This document shows positions 1 through 10,703 of a stretch of DNA of 46,072 bases, one piece after another; the first letter of the stretch is position 1; each line of letters opens with the position of its first letter. Location of the stretch: sequence record DQ121662.1. One strand, written 5' to 3'. Position numbers and translations under genes: made by a program. The DNA comes from Escherichia phage Jk06. Below the pieces are notes generated by a model. That model saw only the letters and a program-made list of their open reading frames with translations, made no database searches and was not told the origin of the DNA.

Positions 1-12
1 ACGCGTATATCA

Positions 13-76
13 AATAGCACGATTTGCTAAAGACTACCGCGGCAGCCTTTGCTATAGTTACTCCATCGAAACGAAA
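13..76 (+). promoter_or_regulatory. early promoter module (inverted repeat AATAGCAC-N4-TGCTAA, about 22 nt, TATAGT, CATCGAAACGAAA leader)
   Basis: IR at 13-30, TATAGT at 53-58, leader at 64-76, then RBS TAAGGAAT and ATG at 99. Same architecture recurs throughout the window. Confidence 0.55.
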
Positions 77-98
77 CATACTTACTAAGGAATACAAA

Positions 99-345
99 AT
101 GACTAACTTCATCAAATCAGCAATCATCGCATGCAGCAGTAATCATGACGGTAGGTTGTTCTTCTGGTCCGCGCCCTGACGGATGGTGTGCGACTCAGGC
201 GGGTGATGTTTGCGTAGCTAAGTGGAAAGGTGGTGTTATTGTTGCAGCTGGAGAGGTTGATATTCGTTATGCTGGCATTGAGTCAAAGGTTGGTGGAGGC
301 TACGGCGGCTCAGTTGCAGATCACGGCTCAAAGGAGTGGAAATAA
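99..345 (+). CDS. small hypothetical protein, frame apparently interrupted (ATG 99 frame stops at 179; ORF 145-345 continues in another frame)
   Basis: RBS-like TAAGGAAT 7 nt upstream of ATG 99; ORF 145-345 has no RBS of its own and ends in a TAATG overlap with the next gene. Confidence 0.3.
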
Positions 346-1307
346 TGCCTCAAGGTATCTTGATAGATTTGAATGACGGAAGGCCAGCAATGGAAATCAC
401 AGCTGGCTTGAGAGTTCCAGCCGTGACTGGTTCAATAAACACTAGCGGGTTAAGCTCACCAGCATCATCATGGGATTTCGGTCTGACTATGACTCCTGGC
501 TCAACAGCATTCTGCCTGCCAACTCAGGCTGTTTATGTTGATGCATATGATGTTATACCAGAAGTTTATTACATGAATGGGTTCTCGAAGGTTAATGATG
601 GGGTTGGAAGGATTACATTAAGTAACTTTAACGGCGCTAATGGTCGCATATTGCAGTTTGGCGGTCAGTGCTTTGAGATTTTACCAGCATCATCACAATC
701 AAGCCCCGGTGTCCTTGTTGAGAACTCGACTGACTTTACAGCGATATCAAGCAATTCCAGATTAATGACTGCTGCTTGGGTTGGTGGCATCCAGGTTAAT
801 GGCTCTGCATCATTGCCAGTTGCGGCATTCCTTTTGGTAAATGGGATAACCAAAACGGTATCACTTGAAAGTGATGGTAGTACGATATGGTGTAGGGATA
901 TAACGTACAATGGGATTGATGATGTTGCTGCAAGTACTTACGTTCAGTTAGTTATTTTCAATAATACACCTCCAGTAGCTGGTCCGGGTTTAACGATATC
1001 AAACAGCGCTGGGCAGATAGTTTTCTCTAGCGTCAGGAGGCCATTTGTTCTAAGTGGATTTATGCAGATTAATAATGGTTACCAGTCGGTGAATGGTGGG
1101 TTCTTCCCAATACTTAGATGCGGAGCGACAACTAGAGTCACTGGTGGATATAATAACTTACGATACAAGGGTGTTTGCATGTCTGGAGGTTCAGTTAGAG
1201 CCGTCCCAGGCACTGTTATAGGTAACTATTCAACTCAAACTGGCGCGCAATTCCCATTTGATACAAACATATCAATGGCACTTCCATTTATTCCCAACTT
1301 CTACTAA
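345..1307 (+). CDS. hypothetical Gly/Ser/Thr/Asn-rich protein (about 320 aa), fibre-like composition
   Basis: ORF 336-1307 in track; AAGGAG 8 nt upstream of ATG at 345; convergent with the tail module and ends at a hairpin terminator. Confidence 0.5.
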   Translation: MPQGILIDLNDGRPAMEITAGLRVPAVTGSINTSGLSSPASSWDFGLTMTPGSTAFCLPTQAVYVDAYDVIPEVYYMNGFSKVNDGVGRITLSNFNGANGRILQFGGQCFEILPASSQSSPGVLVENSTDFTAISSNSRLMTAAWVGGIQVNGSASLPVAAFLLVNGITKTVSLESDGSTIWCRDITYNGIDDVAASTYVQLVIFNNTPPVAGPGLTISNSAGQIVFSSVRRPFVLSGFMQINNGYQSVNGGFFPILRCGATTRVTGGYNNLRYKGVCMSGGSVRAVPGTVIGNYSTQTGAQFPFDTNISMALPFIPNFY

Positions 1308-1310
1308 AAG

Positions 1311-1334
1311 AAAAAGCCCCGAAAGGGGCTTAAT
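1311..1334. terminator. bidirectional intrinsic terminator hairpin AAGCCCCGAAAGGGGCTT
   Basis: Perfect GC-rich stem with GAAA loop at 1314-1331, A-run upstream and T-rich downstream, between convergent genes; identical hairpin at 42511-42528. Confidence 0.6.
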
Positions 1335-1337
1335 CAT

Positions 1338-4300
1338 TTACCATACTCCAACCACTACCCTACCTCCATTTGGTAAATTAACAGTTATGCCGTTATTGTT
1401 TATTACGACAGTATTGTTGGTTCCGTTAAACGCGAAGTTACCATTGTTAGCGTACAAACTACCGCGAACGGTAGCGTTACTTAACTCAGCAAAACCAGAT
1501 TTATCAATTGCCCAACCAGCACTACCAGCAACATAGTTGTTTGATTGAATCCTGTTACCAATCTTCGCGTTAGTAATTGAACCATCCTGAATCACCGCGC
1601 TCTGAATGAACACCTGGTTATTCTCCACAACGAAAGGCAGTGACCACTGACCGGATCCAGAACTAATACCGTTGCTGATTGCGAACCTGTTAGCATCGAA
1701 AATGAACTGACTGCGAACATTACCGCCGCTACCTGTTAACTCCATGCTCATACCAGCGCCATACTCAACCCCATTGTACTTAAGGCCTAGCTTGACGCCG
1801 TACTGAACACCAACCCCTTCGACAGTGGCATAAGAGTCAAGCTTCTGATTCAAAGACGCCTCGTTATCACCAAGCCTTGCGCTTAATTGAGTATCAGCTG
1901 TAGCCCTGGCTTCGGTCTCCGTAGCAAGCGCGGTTTCAATTGTCGTAATCTGACCAACAATCTCATCATCAATCTGCGCTTTAAGCTGCGTGAGAGCGTC
2001 CACACGGGCCTGAGTTTCATCAGCAATCAAACTTACAGCCTGACGATATTCAGCCTTCCTTGCGCCATTCTCGCGCTTCATAACGCGAACGTCAGTATCG
2101 TTTGCCAGAGCGTTCTCTATAATTGCCTCAGCCTGATTCTGGATATCCGTGTTTGCATCAATGGCGTTATGAAGTAGGTACTTGTAACCATCAGAGTTTT
2201 CGATATCAACCTTGATATCACCAATTATTGCACTTACGTCGTCAGATGCCATGCCCCTTACAAAATCAGTCCATGGCGATACGTTACCTATCCTGTCAAT
2301 AATCCTCGCTCTGTACCACCTCACGTTACCTGCTGGTAAAGTGGTGTGCCAGTATTCGTACTGAGGATACGGAACCAGTGTAAGCAGCGATGCGCTCTCT
2401 GGATTGTATGTACCGTCACCATTATCAGGAACCTGCTGAAGCTCAGTGTACGCAGTGTCAGCTGAATCAGTAGGAAAACCCCACTTAACCCTAATCCCGA
2501 AAACCTCATCATCAGATGCGGTAATTACAGGCGGCGCCGAAGGTTCCCCAATCTTGCCGGTCAGGCTAACTGTCGTTATATCAGACCAGGCAGATACTGA
2601 TTTCTGGTCAGTTACGGCACGAACCCTTACGTCGTAGATGCCAGCGTAAATTCCTTCAATATCAACCTCGGTGTTAGCCGTCTCTGGTACGTTAATCCAG
2701 TTACCATTGTTCTTACGCCATTGTACGTTGTATGTTTTCGCATACTGCACCTTGTCGTAACCAATAACCATCGTCTCAACGCTTAAACCCTGAACTACCT
2801 TGCTGTAACTAGTAACGGTGATATTTTCAGGTGGTAAAATCCTGTCAGGGTCAACGATACTTGTTGGCCTGTCGTCAATATTCACACCATAGTCAATCTC
2901 GTCATACTTGTTCGGGTCATACTGCACCGCAGTGATGCTGTACTGGAATGAATCCTCGCCGTCCGTGTTTGCTTTTTGAATTCCTGTCACAACGTATTGC
3001 TGCAACGCCAGATTCTGCTTGTCGATTGCAAATACCGTATCCGGCTGAGGTGTGAAGCTGAATGCTGTATTCAGTTCAAGCGTCAACTTATCGGCAGATA
3101 CTGAAGCGATAGTCCTGTACTCTGGGCTCCCATCTGGCTTGTTGATTAAAATCCTGTCGCCAGGGTCAGCATCAATAGCGAATGGCACGAACACCTGCAA
3201 GCCTGTAGCTTCAACAATTCGACCCGAAAGGTTTAATGTGTAGTTGCTTGACCAAGCCTGGTCATTAACGGCAATTACATCACCAATCATCGGAATCATC
3301 CCCTCAAGGCCAGTTGTGAACGTTACCGTTTCACTGCGAAGGTTTGTTTTCAGCAACCAACGCCCGCGACGGTTAGCTTCACTGCGCCTCACGCATCCAA
3401 TTGCAGTCAGGTCTACAGGGTTGTAACCAAACCGGCGAGTTGCTTCTAAATCGAATACTGGCTCGACGTCCTGCTGGTAGTTGTTCTGCTCGTCATCAAA
3501 CTGAACGTTAGCTGTCGTGTAAAGGCTCTTGTCGCTAGAGAATGTCCTGTTAAACAATCCATCAACAACGTTATCATTAGTGAACACATAGCTTGGCTGG
3601 CGCGGCCTGTCTACAACAATCCCGATTTGCTCACCATCATAGAAGGTTAAACCGCGGAAGATAGAACAGATGTCACGAATAAGCTGATACGCTTCCACTT
3701 TCTGCTGAATGACAACGTTACAAGTATATCGCGGCTCCATTCCACCCTTACCATCAGGAACCATCTGGTCGCAGAATTGCGCTGCTTCATACAGACCCCA
3801 TTTATCAATCTCAACACCAAGTTCTCGCTGATCTAAACCGTAACGCTGGCTAACCACCAGGTCATATAAAACCCAGGCCGGGTTGTCAGACCATGCCATT
3901 TTAAAGGTTCCATTCCATGCTCCGCTATAAGTTCTTGTCTCTGGATTGTAGTTTGTCGGCACACGGATAAGCTTCCACTTTTTCTTAATGGCTATCGTTG
4001 GGATGCCATTAGGGAACAGGTCAGAACTGAACTCCACATAAACAAGTGCCGTAAGAGGGTAGCGGAACTTAGCGTCGATTACTTCCTGATAGGTTGCAAT
4101 CTGCATTCCGTTAACCAGAGTGCTACTTGTTGAGTCTGGCGTTAACTTCCTAATACGAACAAGAGCGCTGCTAAACTCGGCTGGTAGGTTAACCCTGATG
4201 CTGCGGTCGTAACCTGTTGTAGTTTTACCGTTAGCCACGCCTCTGGTATATTCCGTGTACGCTGCGCCATTAACTGATAAATCGATTGCATATTCACATG

Positions 4301-4763
4301 TTGTTCCATTTAAATCTCCATTCTCTTCTTGCTTAACTAGTCGAGGCCAGAGCAGTTTAACGCGGATTGCTGATAGCTGACTGTTGTTAACTGCGATGAT
4401 GTAAGGTGTGTCGTTGTTAATTTCACGACTAACCTGAATCTCTGATGCCGCGCCATCTAGTCCTGCGATGTAATCTTGGGATTGAGTGCCGGCGCGAAAC
4501 TCAGCTGTCACACCTTCATAGTTGAATGAGTTATCCTGGTTCTGTACTGGAACGTCAGCAAGGTAAACATCCTTAAGTGAGAAGCTAGAATCAACTTCGC
4601 CATCAGCTACAGCCAGTAGCACCTTAATCTTGTTAAGTGAAATCAGGTTATCTTCTTGCTCTACAGGCGTGTGCGGCTTCTTGCTACCACCCTTGCTTCC
4701 ATAAATCTTTGGCAAATCGGCCATATCATATAACCTCGTTGTTTGTTTAACCATTTGTGCCAT
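1338..4763 (-). CDS. central tail fibre / host specificity protein (lambda J-like), 1141 aa
   Basis: Uninterrupted 1141 aa ORF; segments resemble lambda J by eye; last gene of the tail module after I/K/L/M-like genes. Confidence 0.85.
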   Translation of the reverse strand: MAQMVKQTTRLYDMADLPKIYGSKGGSKKPHTPVEQEDNLISLNKIKVLLAVADGEVDSSFSLKDVYLADVPVQNQDNSFNYEGVTAEFRAGTQSQDYIAGLDGAASEIQVSREINNDTPYIIAVNNSQLSAIRVKLLWPRLVKQEENGDLNGTTCEYAIDLSVNGAAYTEYTRGVANGKTTTGYDRSIRVNLPAEFSSALVRIRKLTPDSTSSTLVNGMQIATYQEVIDAKFRYPLTALVYVEFSSDLFPNGIPTIAIKKKWKLIRVPTNYNPETRTYSGAWNGTFKMAWSDNPAWVLYDLVVSQRYGLDQRELGVEIDKWGLYEAAQFCDQMVPDGKGGMEPRYTCNVVIQQKVEAYQLIRDICSIFRGLTFYDGEQIGIVVDRPRQPSYVFTNDNVVDGLFNRTFSSDKSLYTTANVQFDDEQNNYQQDVEPVFDLEATRRFGYNPVDLTAIGCVRRSEANRRGRWLLKTNLRSETVTFTTGLEGMIPMIGDVIAVNDQAWSSNYTLNLSGRIVEATGLQVFVPFAIDADPGDRILINKPDGSPEYRTIASVSADKLTLELNTAFSFTPQPDTVFAIDKQNLALQQYVVTGIQKANTDGEDSFQYSITAVQYDPNKYDEIDYGVNIDDRPTSIVDPDRILPPENITVTSYSKVVQGLSVETMVIGYDKVQYAKTYNVQWRKNNGNWINVPETANTEVDIEGIYAGIYDVRVRAVTDQKSVSAWSDITTVSLTGKIGEPSAPPVITASDDEVFGIRVKWGFPTDSADTAYTELQQVPDNGDGTYNPESASLLTLVPYPQYEYWHTTLPAGNVRWYRARIIDRIGNVSPWTDFVRGMASDDVSAIIGDIKVDIENSDGYKYLLHNAIDANTDIQNQAEAIIENALANDTDVRVMKRENGARKAEYRQAVSLIADETQARVDALTQLKAQIDDEIVGQITTIETALATETEARATADTQLSARLGDNEASLNQKLDSYATVEGVGVQYGVKLGLKYNGVEYGAGMSMELTGSGGNVRSQFIFDANRFAISNGISSGSGQWSLPFVVENNQVFIQSAVIQDGSITNAKIGNRIQSNNYVAGSAGWAIDKSGFAELSNATVRGSLYANNGNFAFNGTNNTVVINNNGITVNLPNGGRVVVGVW

Positions 4764-4773
4764 TCTACACTAA

Positions 4774-4798
4774 ATAAAAAACCCGCACTAGGCGGGTT
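4774..4798 (-). terminator. hairpin plus U-run between tail assembly I and J-like genes (possible attenuator)
   Basis: AACCCGCACTAGGCGGGTT stem-loop followed on the minus strand by a T-run, about 15 nt upstream of the J start. Confidence 0.4.
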
Positions 4799-4804
4799 GT
4801 GATT

Positions 4805-5380
4805 TTAACTAATGTCCTCGGAATATGAGCCTGCCGAAAATACAGCTCCACCAACAGTCCTGTAACCATAAGGTAAGCAAACGGGGTTGCCTGCCGCAAT
4901 TGTATTTACTGCTGAGCCGAATGCGTATGATGCTCGGTTGCTTGTTTGTGATGCCTGGTCATTCAATCCTGTAGCTTGTGGCGCCAATAACTGAGCCACT
5001 CCACCAGCAATGAGGCCTACAGCCACTGGCAAAAGAACAGGAAAGAAGTATGATGCCACCAAAAGTACACCTCCAAGGATGGTCTGGAATAAGCCGCCAG
5101 ATTTTCGACCTTGCGGGATTGGCATAATCCTAATTTCACTTACAGTCTCAAGGTCATTAATCTTGTGCTCGTTAACATTCTTACCGTCAACGAATACAGC
5201 AAACCTTGTGTTCTGGCCCACATGGCTACGCATGAATTCCTTAAATTCAGGGATGTTTACAGAGAGAGCTCGCATTGCCTCTGGAACTGTCTTAACGCAC
5301 AGTTTATGTAGCTTTCCAAACTTCCTGCCTAAGCCTAATCCCAGCTTAACATCAATCACGTTCTGGGTCATAACCCGCAT
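4805..5380 (-). CDS. tail assembly protein (lambda I-like)
   Basis: 191 aa ORF between K-like and J-like genes; hydrophobic C-terminal half; position conserved in lambda-type tail tip clusters. Confidence 0.6.
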   Translation of the reverse strand: MRVMTQNVIDVKLGLGLGRKFGKLHKLCVKTVPEAMRALSVNIPEFKEFMRSHVGQNTRFAVFVDGKNVNEHKINDLETVSEIRIMPIPQGRKSGGLFQTILGGVLLVASYFFPVLLPVAVGLIAGGVAQLLAPQATGLNDQASQTSNRASYAFGSAVNTIAAGNPVCLPYGYRTVGGAVFSAGSYSEDIS

Positions 5381-6158
5381 CCTCCGGTAAATATTTATGC
5401 CTTACGATTCGTACAGTCCGCTCACGATAGTAATCGCCGTACAAATCAACCTTACTCATCTTACCATATAAATGGTGTAGGATTTTATTGTCACCAATGT
5501 ATATGGCGGCGTGGTTGGTCTTCTCGCTCTGAATCTGCATCATAACCATTGAGCCAATTGGAATATCATTGCTTCTGACTAATTCGAACCCTTCTAACTC
5601 CCAATTATCATCGTAGATATTGTCAGGGTATTCATTGGTCCACCACTGATAATCTACGCGATAATCGTTAAGCTTAACACCGTGTAGCTTGTGAAATTCC
5701 ATAACCAAACCCCAGCAGTCGAAGCTGCCAAGACCCCATGGGCGACCAGCAAGCGGCATCTTTTCTGGCTGAATAATCCGTAAGTCCCCTTCAGGTATAG
5801 AAACAATAACATAAGGCAGCTCGCACTCATTGCAGCTGCAAATATCAGCTGCGCTTGGCCTAGTAGTAGCGCCATCACCAGTATGTGAATGTACAGCATA
5901 AACAACGCTTTCATTGTCCGAAATCTCCATGAATTCCATTGGGTCGAGAATGAATGATTGCTCTGGTGTTTTGGATACGTTGGTAATCCTGTGATACTTC
6001 TGCGCCATCCCCTTCTGAGTTACAACCCCGCAAGATTCTTGCGGGTAAACCTCGTTGGCGTGGCGAAATATTTCGATCTTAACTTTAGGCGTTAACATTA
6101 CCCTCTCCTTAGTTTTGGTTGGCTTTAGCTTGCAGGCTTGCAGCAGCGCAACCACCAA
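5352..6158 (-). CDS. tail assembly protein (lambda K-like; MPN/JAMM plus NlpC/P60-type domains); true start probably ATG near 6098
   Basis: HSHTGDGATTRPSAAD metalloprotease-like motif and Cys/His segment; the ORF track start overlaps the upstream L-like gene. Confidence 0.75.
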   Translation of the reverse strand: MVVALLQACKLKPTKTKERVMLTPKVKIEIFRHANEVYPQESCGVVTQKGMAQKYHRITNVSKTPEQSFILDPMEFMEISDNESVVYAVHSHTGDGATTRPSAADICSCNECELPYVIVSIPEGDLRIIQPEKMPLAGRPWGLGSFDCWGLVMEFHKLHGVKLNDYRVDYQWWTNEYPDNIYDDNWELEGFELVRSNDIPIGSMVMMQIQSEKTNHAAIYIGDNKILHHLYGKMSKVDLYGDYYRERTVRIVRHKYLPEDAGYDPERD

Positions 6159-6873
6159 AGTCTAACTGATTATTTTCTCCGAACCTTAGTTTGCACGCAC
6201 GAACCGTTCCGGCACAGAAGTCTTGCGATGGGTCAGTCACAGGCACGTTGTCCTTGTCGAAGTATCTATCACCCATATAGTTACATCCATTCCCTGATCG
6301 GTACTGATTGCGCTGAGCCCAATAACAAACTGACTGAACAAGTCTGGCCGGAATATAAATACCATCCATGTCCATTGGGCTGGTTAATTCAAATGAGGCC
6401 GTGTTGTAGTCAACCTGCTTAGGTCGCTCAATGAAGTAAACCAACTTGCGGTAATCCCCATCAGCAATGGTGCCATCTTCGTTAATATTCTCGCGAAGGG
6501 TGATCCAGATAGTAACCTTAGCCTGAACAAGACCGTTGTAAGTGCGGATAAGAGCCGAGATGTTTTGGTCAACGTTGGATACAACTAGTGTTACCTTGTT
6601 TGCCTTCCCGTCCGAAGTCATGTTAATACCCTGAATTCCAAAAGGCCTTGCGCCGTACTCTTCGCCACGGAAACTGATTGTCTTTGCTGGTAGGGTCTGG
6701 CCTGTTGATTGCGCCATCATAATTTCTTCAGGCGTGTAGCTGATGTTCTCCCCATGGAAGCGGTATGTTGGCGCCGAGAACTTGCTGCCATCAACTTCAA
6801 TTAGTGTAACAACCTCACCAGGGAACAAGCTTTGTAATTGATTCTCAAACTTAGTGCTTAATGGCGTAGCCAT
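6109..6873 (-). CDS. minor tail protein (lambda L-like)
   Basis: 254 aa ORF with a C-terminal Cys cluster; located between M-like and K-like genes; RBS GGAG upstream. Confidence 0.7.
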   Translation of the reverse strand: MATPLSTKFENQLQSLFPGEVVTLIEVDGSKFSAPTYRFHGENISYTPEEIMMAQSTGQTLPAKTISFRGEEYGARPFGIQGINMTSDGKANKVTLVVSNVDQNISALIRTYNGLVQAKVTIWITLRENINEDGTIADGDYRKLVYFIERPKQVDYNTASFELTSPMDMDGIYIPARLVQSVCYWAQRNQYRSGNGCNYMGDRYFDKDNVPVTDPSQDFCAGTVRACKLRFGENNQLDFGGCAAASLQAKANQN

Positions 6874-6912
6874 GATATTTCTCCAATAAAAAAGACCCCG
6901 TAGGGTCTTAGT

Positions 6913-7263
6913 TTACTGCATCGAGGTGAAAACTTCTACAAACTGCATTGATACAGTCTGCACTTCCTTGGTGTTTGGTGTGACGCTGATACTGTCCTGA
7001 GCTACAACAAACAGCTTAAGCTCACCCTGCGGAGTTGTCCATGCGAACGGGGTGATGATGTGAGCAAAGCAGAAGTCCAACACTTCCTTCCAGCTGGTGT
7101 TGGTGTAGGTCATGTTGTAGGTGCGCTTATTGGTCCTGTAACCTCCGGTTCCGCGCTGCTCGTAGCCATTGCCAAAGCTAACAACCCTAACGTTATTCGC
7201 GTTAGTAAAGTTTGCTGATCCACCTTGAATTTGGGTACACCATGTAAAAGTATCTAATGCCAT
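6913..7263 (-). CDS. minor tail protein (lambda M-like)
   Basis: 116 aa ORF immediately downstream of the tape measure gene; conserved position. Confidence 0.6.
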   Translation of the reverse strand: MALDTFTWCTQIQGGSANFTNANNVRVVSFGNGYEQRGTGGYRTNKRTYNMTYTNTSWKEVLDFCFAHIITPFAWTTPQGELKLFVVAQDSISVTPNTKEVQTVSMQFVEVFTSMQ

Positions 7264-7294
7264 TTAAAATCCTTAGGGGCCGAAGCCCCATTTA

Positions 7295-10200
7295 TTAACT
7301 ATAACCTCGCAAGAACTGGTAAGCCGTTCCGCCCTGCTGGAAGGACTGAGTAATCTCTTCCGCGATGATAACCCTGATACCAGATTCTAACTGTTTAGCG
7401 TCATTACCGCCACCACCGCCAAGACCTGTCTGAACGGTAACATTCACTCCACCAACATTAACGTTACTTCCACCAACAAGCCCGCCAGTCGCATAGCCAG
7501 GACCAGCACCAACCACTCCACCATTTGCGTATCCGCGCATTAACTTATAAAGGTTATCAACGCCAATCCTTGAGGTTGCCTCCTTCGTAAAGACGAATTC
7601 ACCTTTATGCACCGTGCCAGCTGGCTCGTACTTACCACCGTTTCCAGTATAACCGCCAGAAGCGAAACCAAATGCGCTACCAATAGAGCCAATTGCACCA
7701 CCACTACCGCCAAAACTGGAGATGGTTGATTCAATCGCCTTAATTAAAAGTAGCTGCGTTGCAATGCGTGCAATCTGCTTCAGAATCGATGCGGTAAACT
7801 CACGGAAGCTAGCTTCTCCAGTAGTTACCAGGTTTGTTATCTGGTCAGTCAATCCGTTAAAGGCACTCATGGCTAGCTCGGAACCAATCTGATTAAAGTT
7901 TGCCAATTCATCAGCCGTCTCAGCAAACGCAGATTTAACGCCAGCCAGCCAGTTACCACGTAATGCATCTTCCTGATTGTAGAAATTCTGACGAGCCTGA
8001 AGTAAAGCCTGGAAGTCAGTGTCATCTACGGAGCCACCTTTAGAAATTTGCTGGGCTTCTAGCGCCGCCAACTCACGCCGCCTTTCCGCTTCGCGCTGAG
8101 ATAATCCTGCTCCAACACTAATTGATGCCGCTTCAGCGTTAATCTGCCGAGTCTTCTTGATGTTGTCATCAAGAAGTTTATTGGCCCTTTCTTGCAGCAC
8201 AATCTGGTCGCCAATCTCAGCCTTCTCGCGAGCGAGTCCTAAGATTTTATCCTGCTGCAACAGTAATGATCGCTGTTGCTTTGTGATGGTTCCGTCTGCA
8301 AGCCTTTCATTAAGGATTGCAAACTTAGCTTCCTCCGCAAAAAGCTGCTTGCGTTCGTTACTGATAACATCACTAATCTGGCGGTGTTCCTGAAGAACCT
8401 TAAGCTGAGCCTGCAGAGCTAGAACGCCAGACTCATAACTTATAGTCAAATCCCTCTCTTCTTTTGCTCCAGATTTTGTCTTTTTACTTCTCTCCTCAAT
8501 TGCTTTAATCTCATCGGCCAAAGCCTTTCTTCTTGATTCTGAATCTCTATCAGAAGTTCCAGTTTGACTTTCTGAACCCTCTCCAACACTCAAGTAACCA
8601 GTCTCGCCCCTGCGAACCCTTGCATACCTATCAGCGATAGATTTAGCTAGCCTTATGTTTTCCTTTTCTATTGCGTCATTATCCTTCCTTAGTTGTTCGG
8701 CTATTCCATTACCAACGCCAGATGCTCCTGGTATCTTTTGTAAAGCCTCTATCCCGCGTATTACGAAATCATTTATTAGCTTGTCGCCAGTGCCAATTAT
8801 CAGTCTTATTTGCTCAATAGTCGCAGCTATAACGTCAGTAAATAGGTTTAGAGCTCCTATAGTCCTGTCACCTATAGCATCCCATGTGTCTGAAACGAAC
8901 TTACGGAAATCGCCCCAAGCCAATTCAAGAGGTGTAAGCGAGCCTTCAATCTGCTTTGTAACTGACTCATTTCTAGCTGCAAATATTTCTAAAGCTGCTG
9001 TTACTGCTGCTGTTTGCCCTTCCGTTTCTTTTAGGTTGTTAACTAGGGTCAGCTGCCCTTCGCTAAGAAAGTTAAATTGCTTATCTAACTCTATCAGCCC
9101 CTTAACTGGATCTTTTGCTATCTTATCAAAGTCAGATATTATTGATTTCCGCAGACCTTGAACTAACAGCTGAAAGGTTAGCAACAGACTTAGCTATTAA
9201 GTTAATCTGACTAACAGTAAGCCTTCCGTTTGATACTAGCGACTGGTAAATGTCACCAATAGAACCTTTTGTTGCCCTTGATGTTTCATTTAGCTGATCA
9301 GCGTAATCCTTGATAGCGGCAACTGATAAAGTCGACGACCTTCCAGTTTCAATTATTGCGTTATTAAGTTGCCTAACCTCAATAAATGAGTCGTAAGCGG
9401 CTTTACCAAGAACAGCTAATGAAGCAATTATCGCGCCACCAAATATAGTTGCAGCACGACCAAACCTTAAGATAGCCTCATCACCAAGAGTCCTAACATC
9501 AGCAAATGAACTTCTCAGCTCTCCTATTGATGATACATAATCTATAACTGCACCTTGCGCAGCTGATAATGTATTTGAAAATCCACCAAATGAATCTGTA
9601 ATCTGCGGTATTTGCTGGGTAAGCACCATAAATAAAGGCATACCGTTAGCAATCGAGCTAGTGATATCATTGATCTGTACAGGAAGGAACCTTAAGGCCT
9701 GATTGTACTGACCTGCCGATATCCCAGCCGCCTGAAACGCCCTACTTTGATTGGCTATAGCGTTAGTATTGTTACTTGATGCCTGTGTTATATCTATCTA
9801 TTATTGGTGCTGCCTGATCGCTAACTCCAAGCTGTGCCGCCCTTAACTTTAAGAACTCATCCCTACTTAATGTCGCTGCATCAGCCTGTGCTTGAAGCGA
9901 CCTAATAAATGATTGTGCTTGCCTCTCAGCGGACTCTTTATTTTTTGCAGCTTCTATAGCCGCCCTACCCTCCTCAGTTAATGCTGACCTAGACCTTATT
10001 AACCTATTTGTTTGCGTTTCTAATGCTTCACCAAGCCTGTAAAACTCAGCCTCTGGAACAACCCCTGCGGAGAAGGCTCTATCAAGAGAACTTGCTGCAT
10101 CTTGAAGTTTTCGCAATTTCGAAGCTGTTGGATCAATTGCCGACTGAAGCGACTGAAAAGCACTTCTCTGCTCAGAAAGATACCTTGCAGTGTCGCGAGC

Positions 10201-10352
10201 CTGATTCTTCGCAACCAGCTCAGCGTTTAACGAACTCGCTAACTCCAGCTGCCGCCTGTTCATTGGCACGTTTAAATTCTTGCAGGGACTTTATGCCCTG
10301 GATCAACCTGGCGAACGTCAACGCCAAGAGTGATACCTGCAAATTCTGCCAT
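7295..10352 (-). CDS. tail tape measure protein, reading frame interrupted at about 9.13-9.19 kb, 9.64-9.78 kb and 10.27 kb
   Basis: Track ORFs 9772-10269, 9132-9641 and 7295-9184 are contiguous, coiled-coil rich with a Gly-rich C-terminal part; ATG at 10352 preceded by GGAGG. Confidence 0.75.
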
Positions 10353-10361
10353 GTAACCTCC

Positions 10362-10388
10362 ATAAAAAAACCTCCACAAAGGGAGGTT
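10362..10388 (-). terminator. hairpin plus U7 run immediately upstream of tape measure RBS
   Basis: AACCTCCCTTTGTGGAGGTT stem-loop followed by TTTTTTT on the minus strand. Confidence 0.5.
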
Positions 10389-10641
10389 ATTTTTGCCTTA
10401 CTTGCATCATCTCAAGTGCTTTGCACTCCAGTATTCGCAAGTCATTTAAAGTCATCTCTTTGTCCTTGACATTATACACATCAAAGAGGAAAGGGAGTAC
10501 TGAATAATCTATTCCGGTAGCGCCGTTCATACCTACACGCCATTGAGTTGAAGCTGCCTGATAAACAGTCCATGCCAGCATCATGTCATCATCGAAGTGT
10601 AACTCCTCTGGCTCCTCATCTTCGTAATCGGAACGCCGCAT
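10387..10641 (-). CDS. tail assembly chaperone, distal ORF (possible frameshift extension of the upstream chaperone)
   Basis: 84 aa acidic ORF whose frame is open across the stop of ORF 10704-11018 (-1 frame); location between major tail and tape measure genes. Confidence 0.45.
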   Translation of the reverse strand: MRRSDYEDEEPEELHFDDDMMLAWTVYQAASTQWRVGMNGATGIDYSVLPFLFDVYNVKDKEMTLNDLRILECKALEMMQVRQK

Positions 10642-10703
10642 TCCAATGGCTTCAAGTTCGGCGTCCGTTGGCTCTCTTTGATACTGTAGATATACTGCGC
10701 GCT

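Noticed and set aside
99-345. Cor/Llp-like receptor-blocking lipoprotein
   Set aside because: The CSS/GCSSG motifs resemble a lipobox, but there is no adequate hydrophobic signal peptide in either frame; kept only as a low-confidence hypothesis in the findings.
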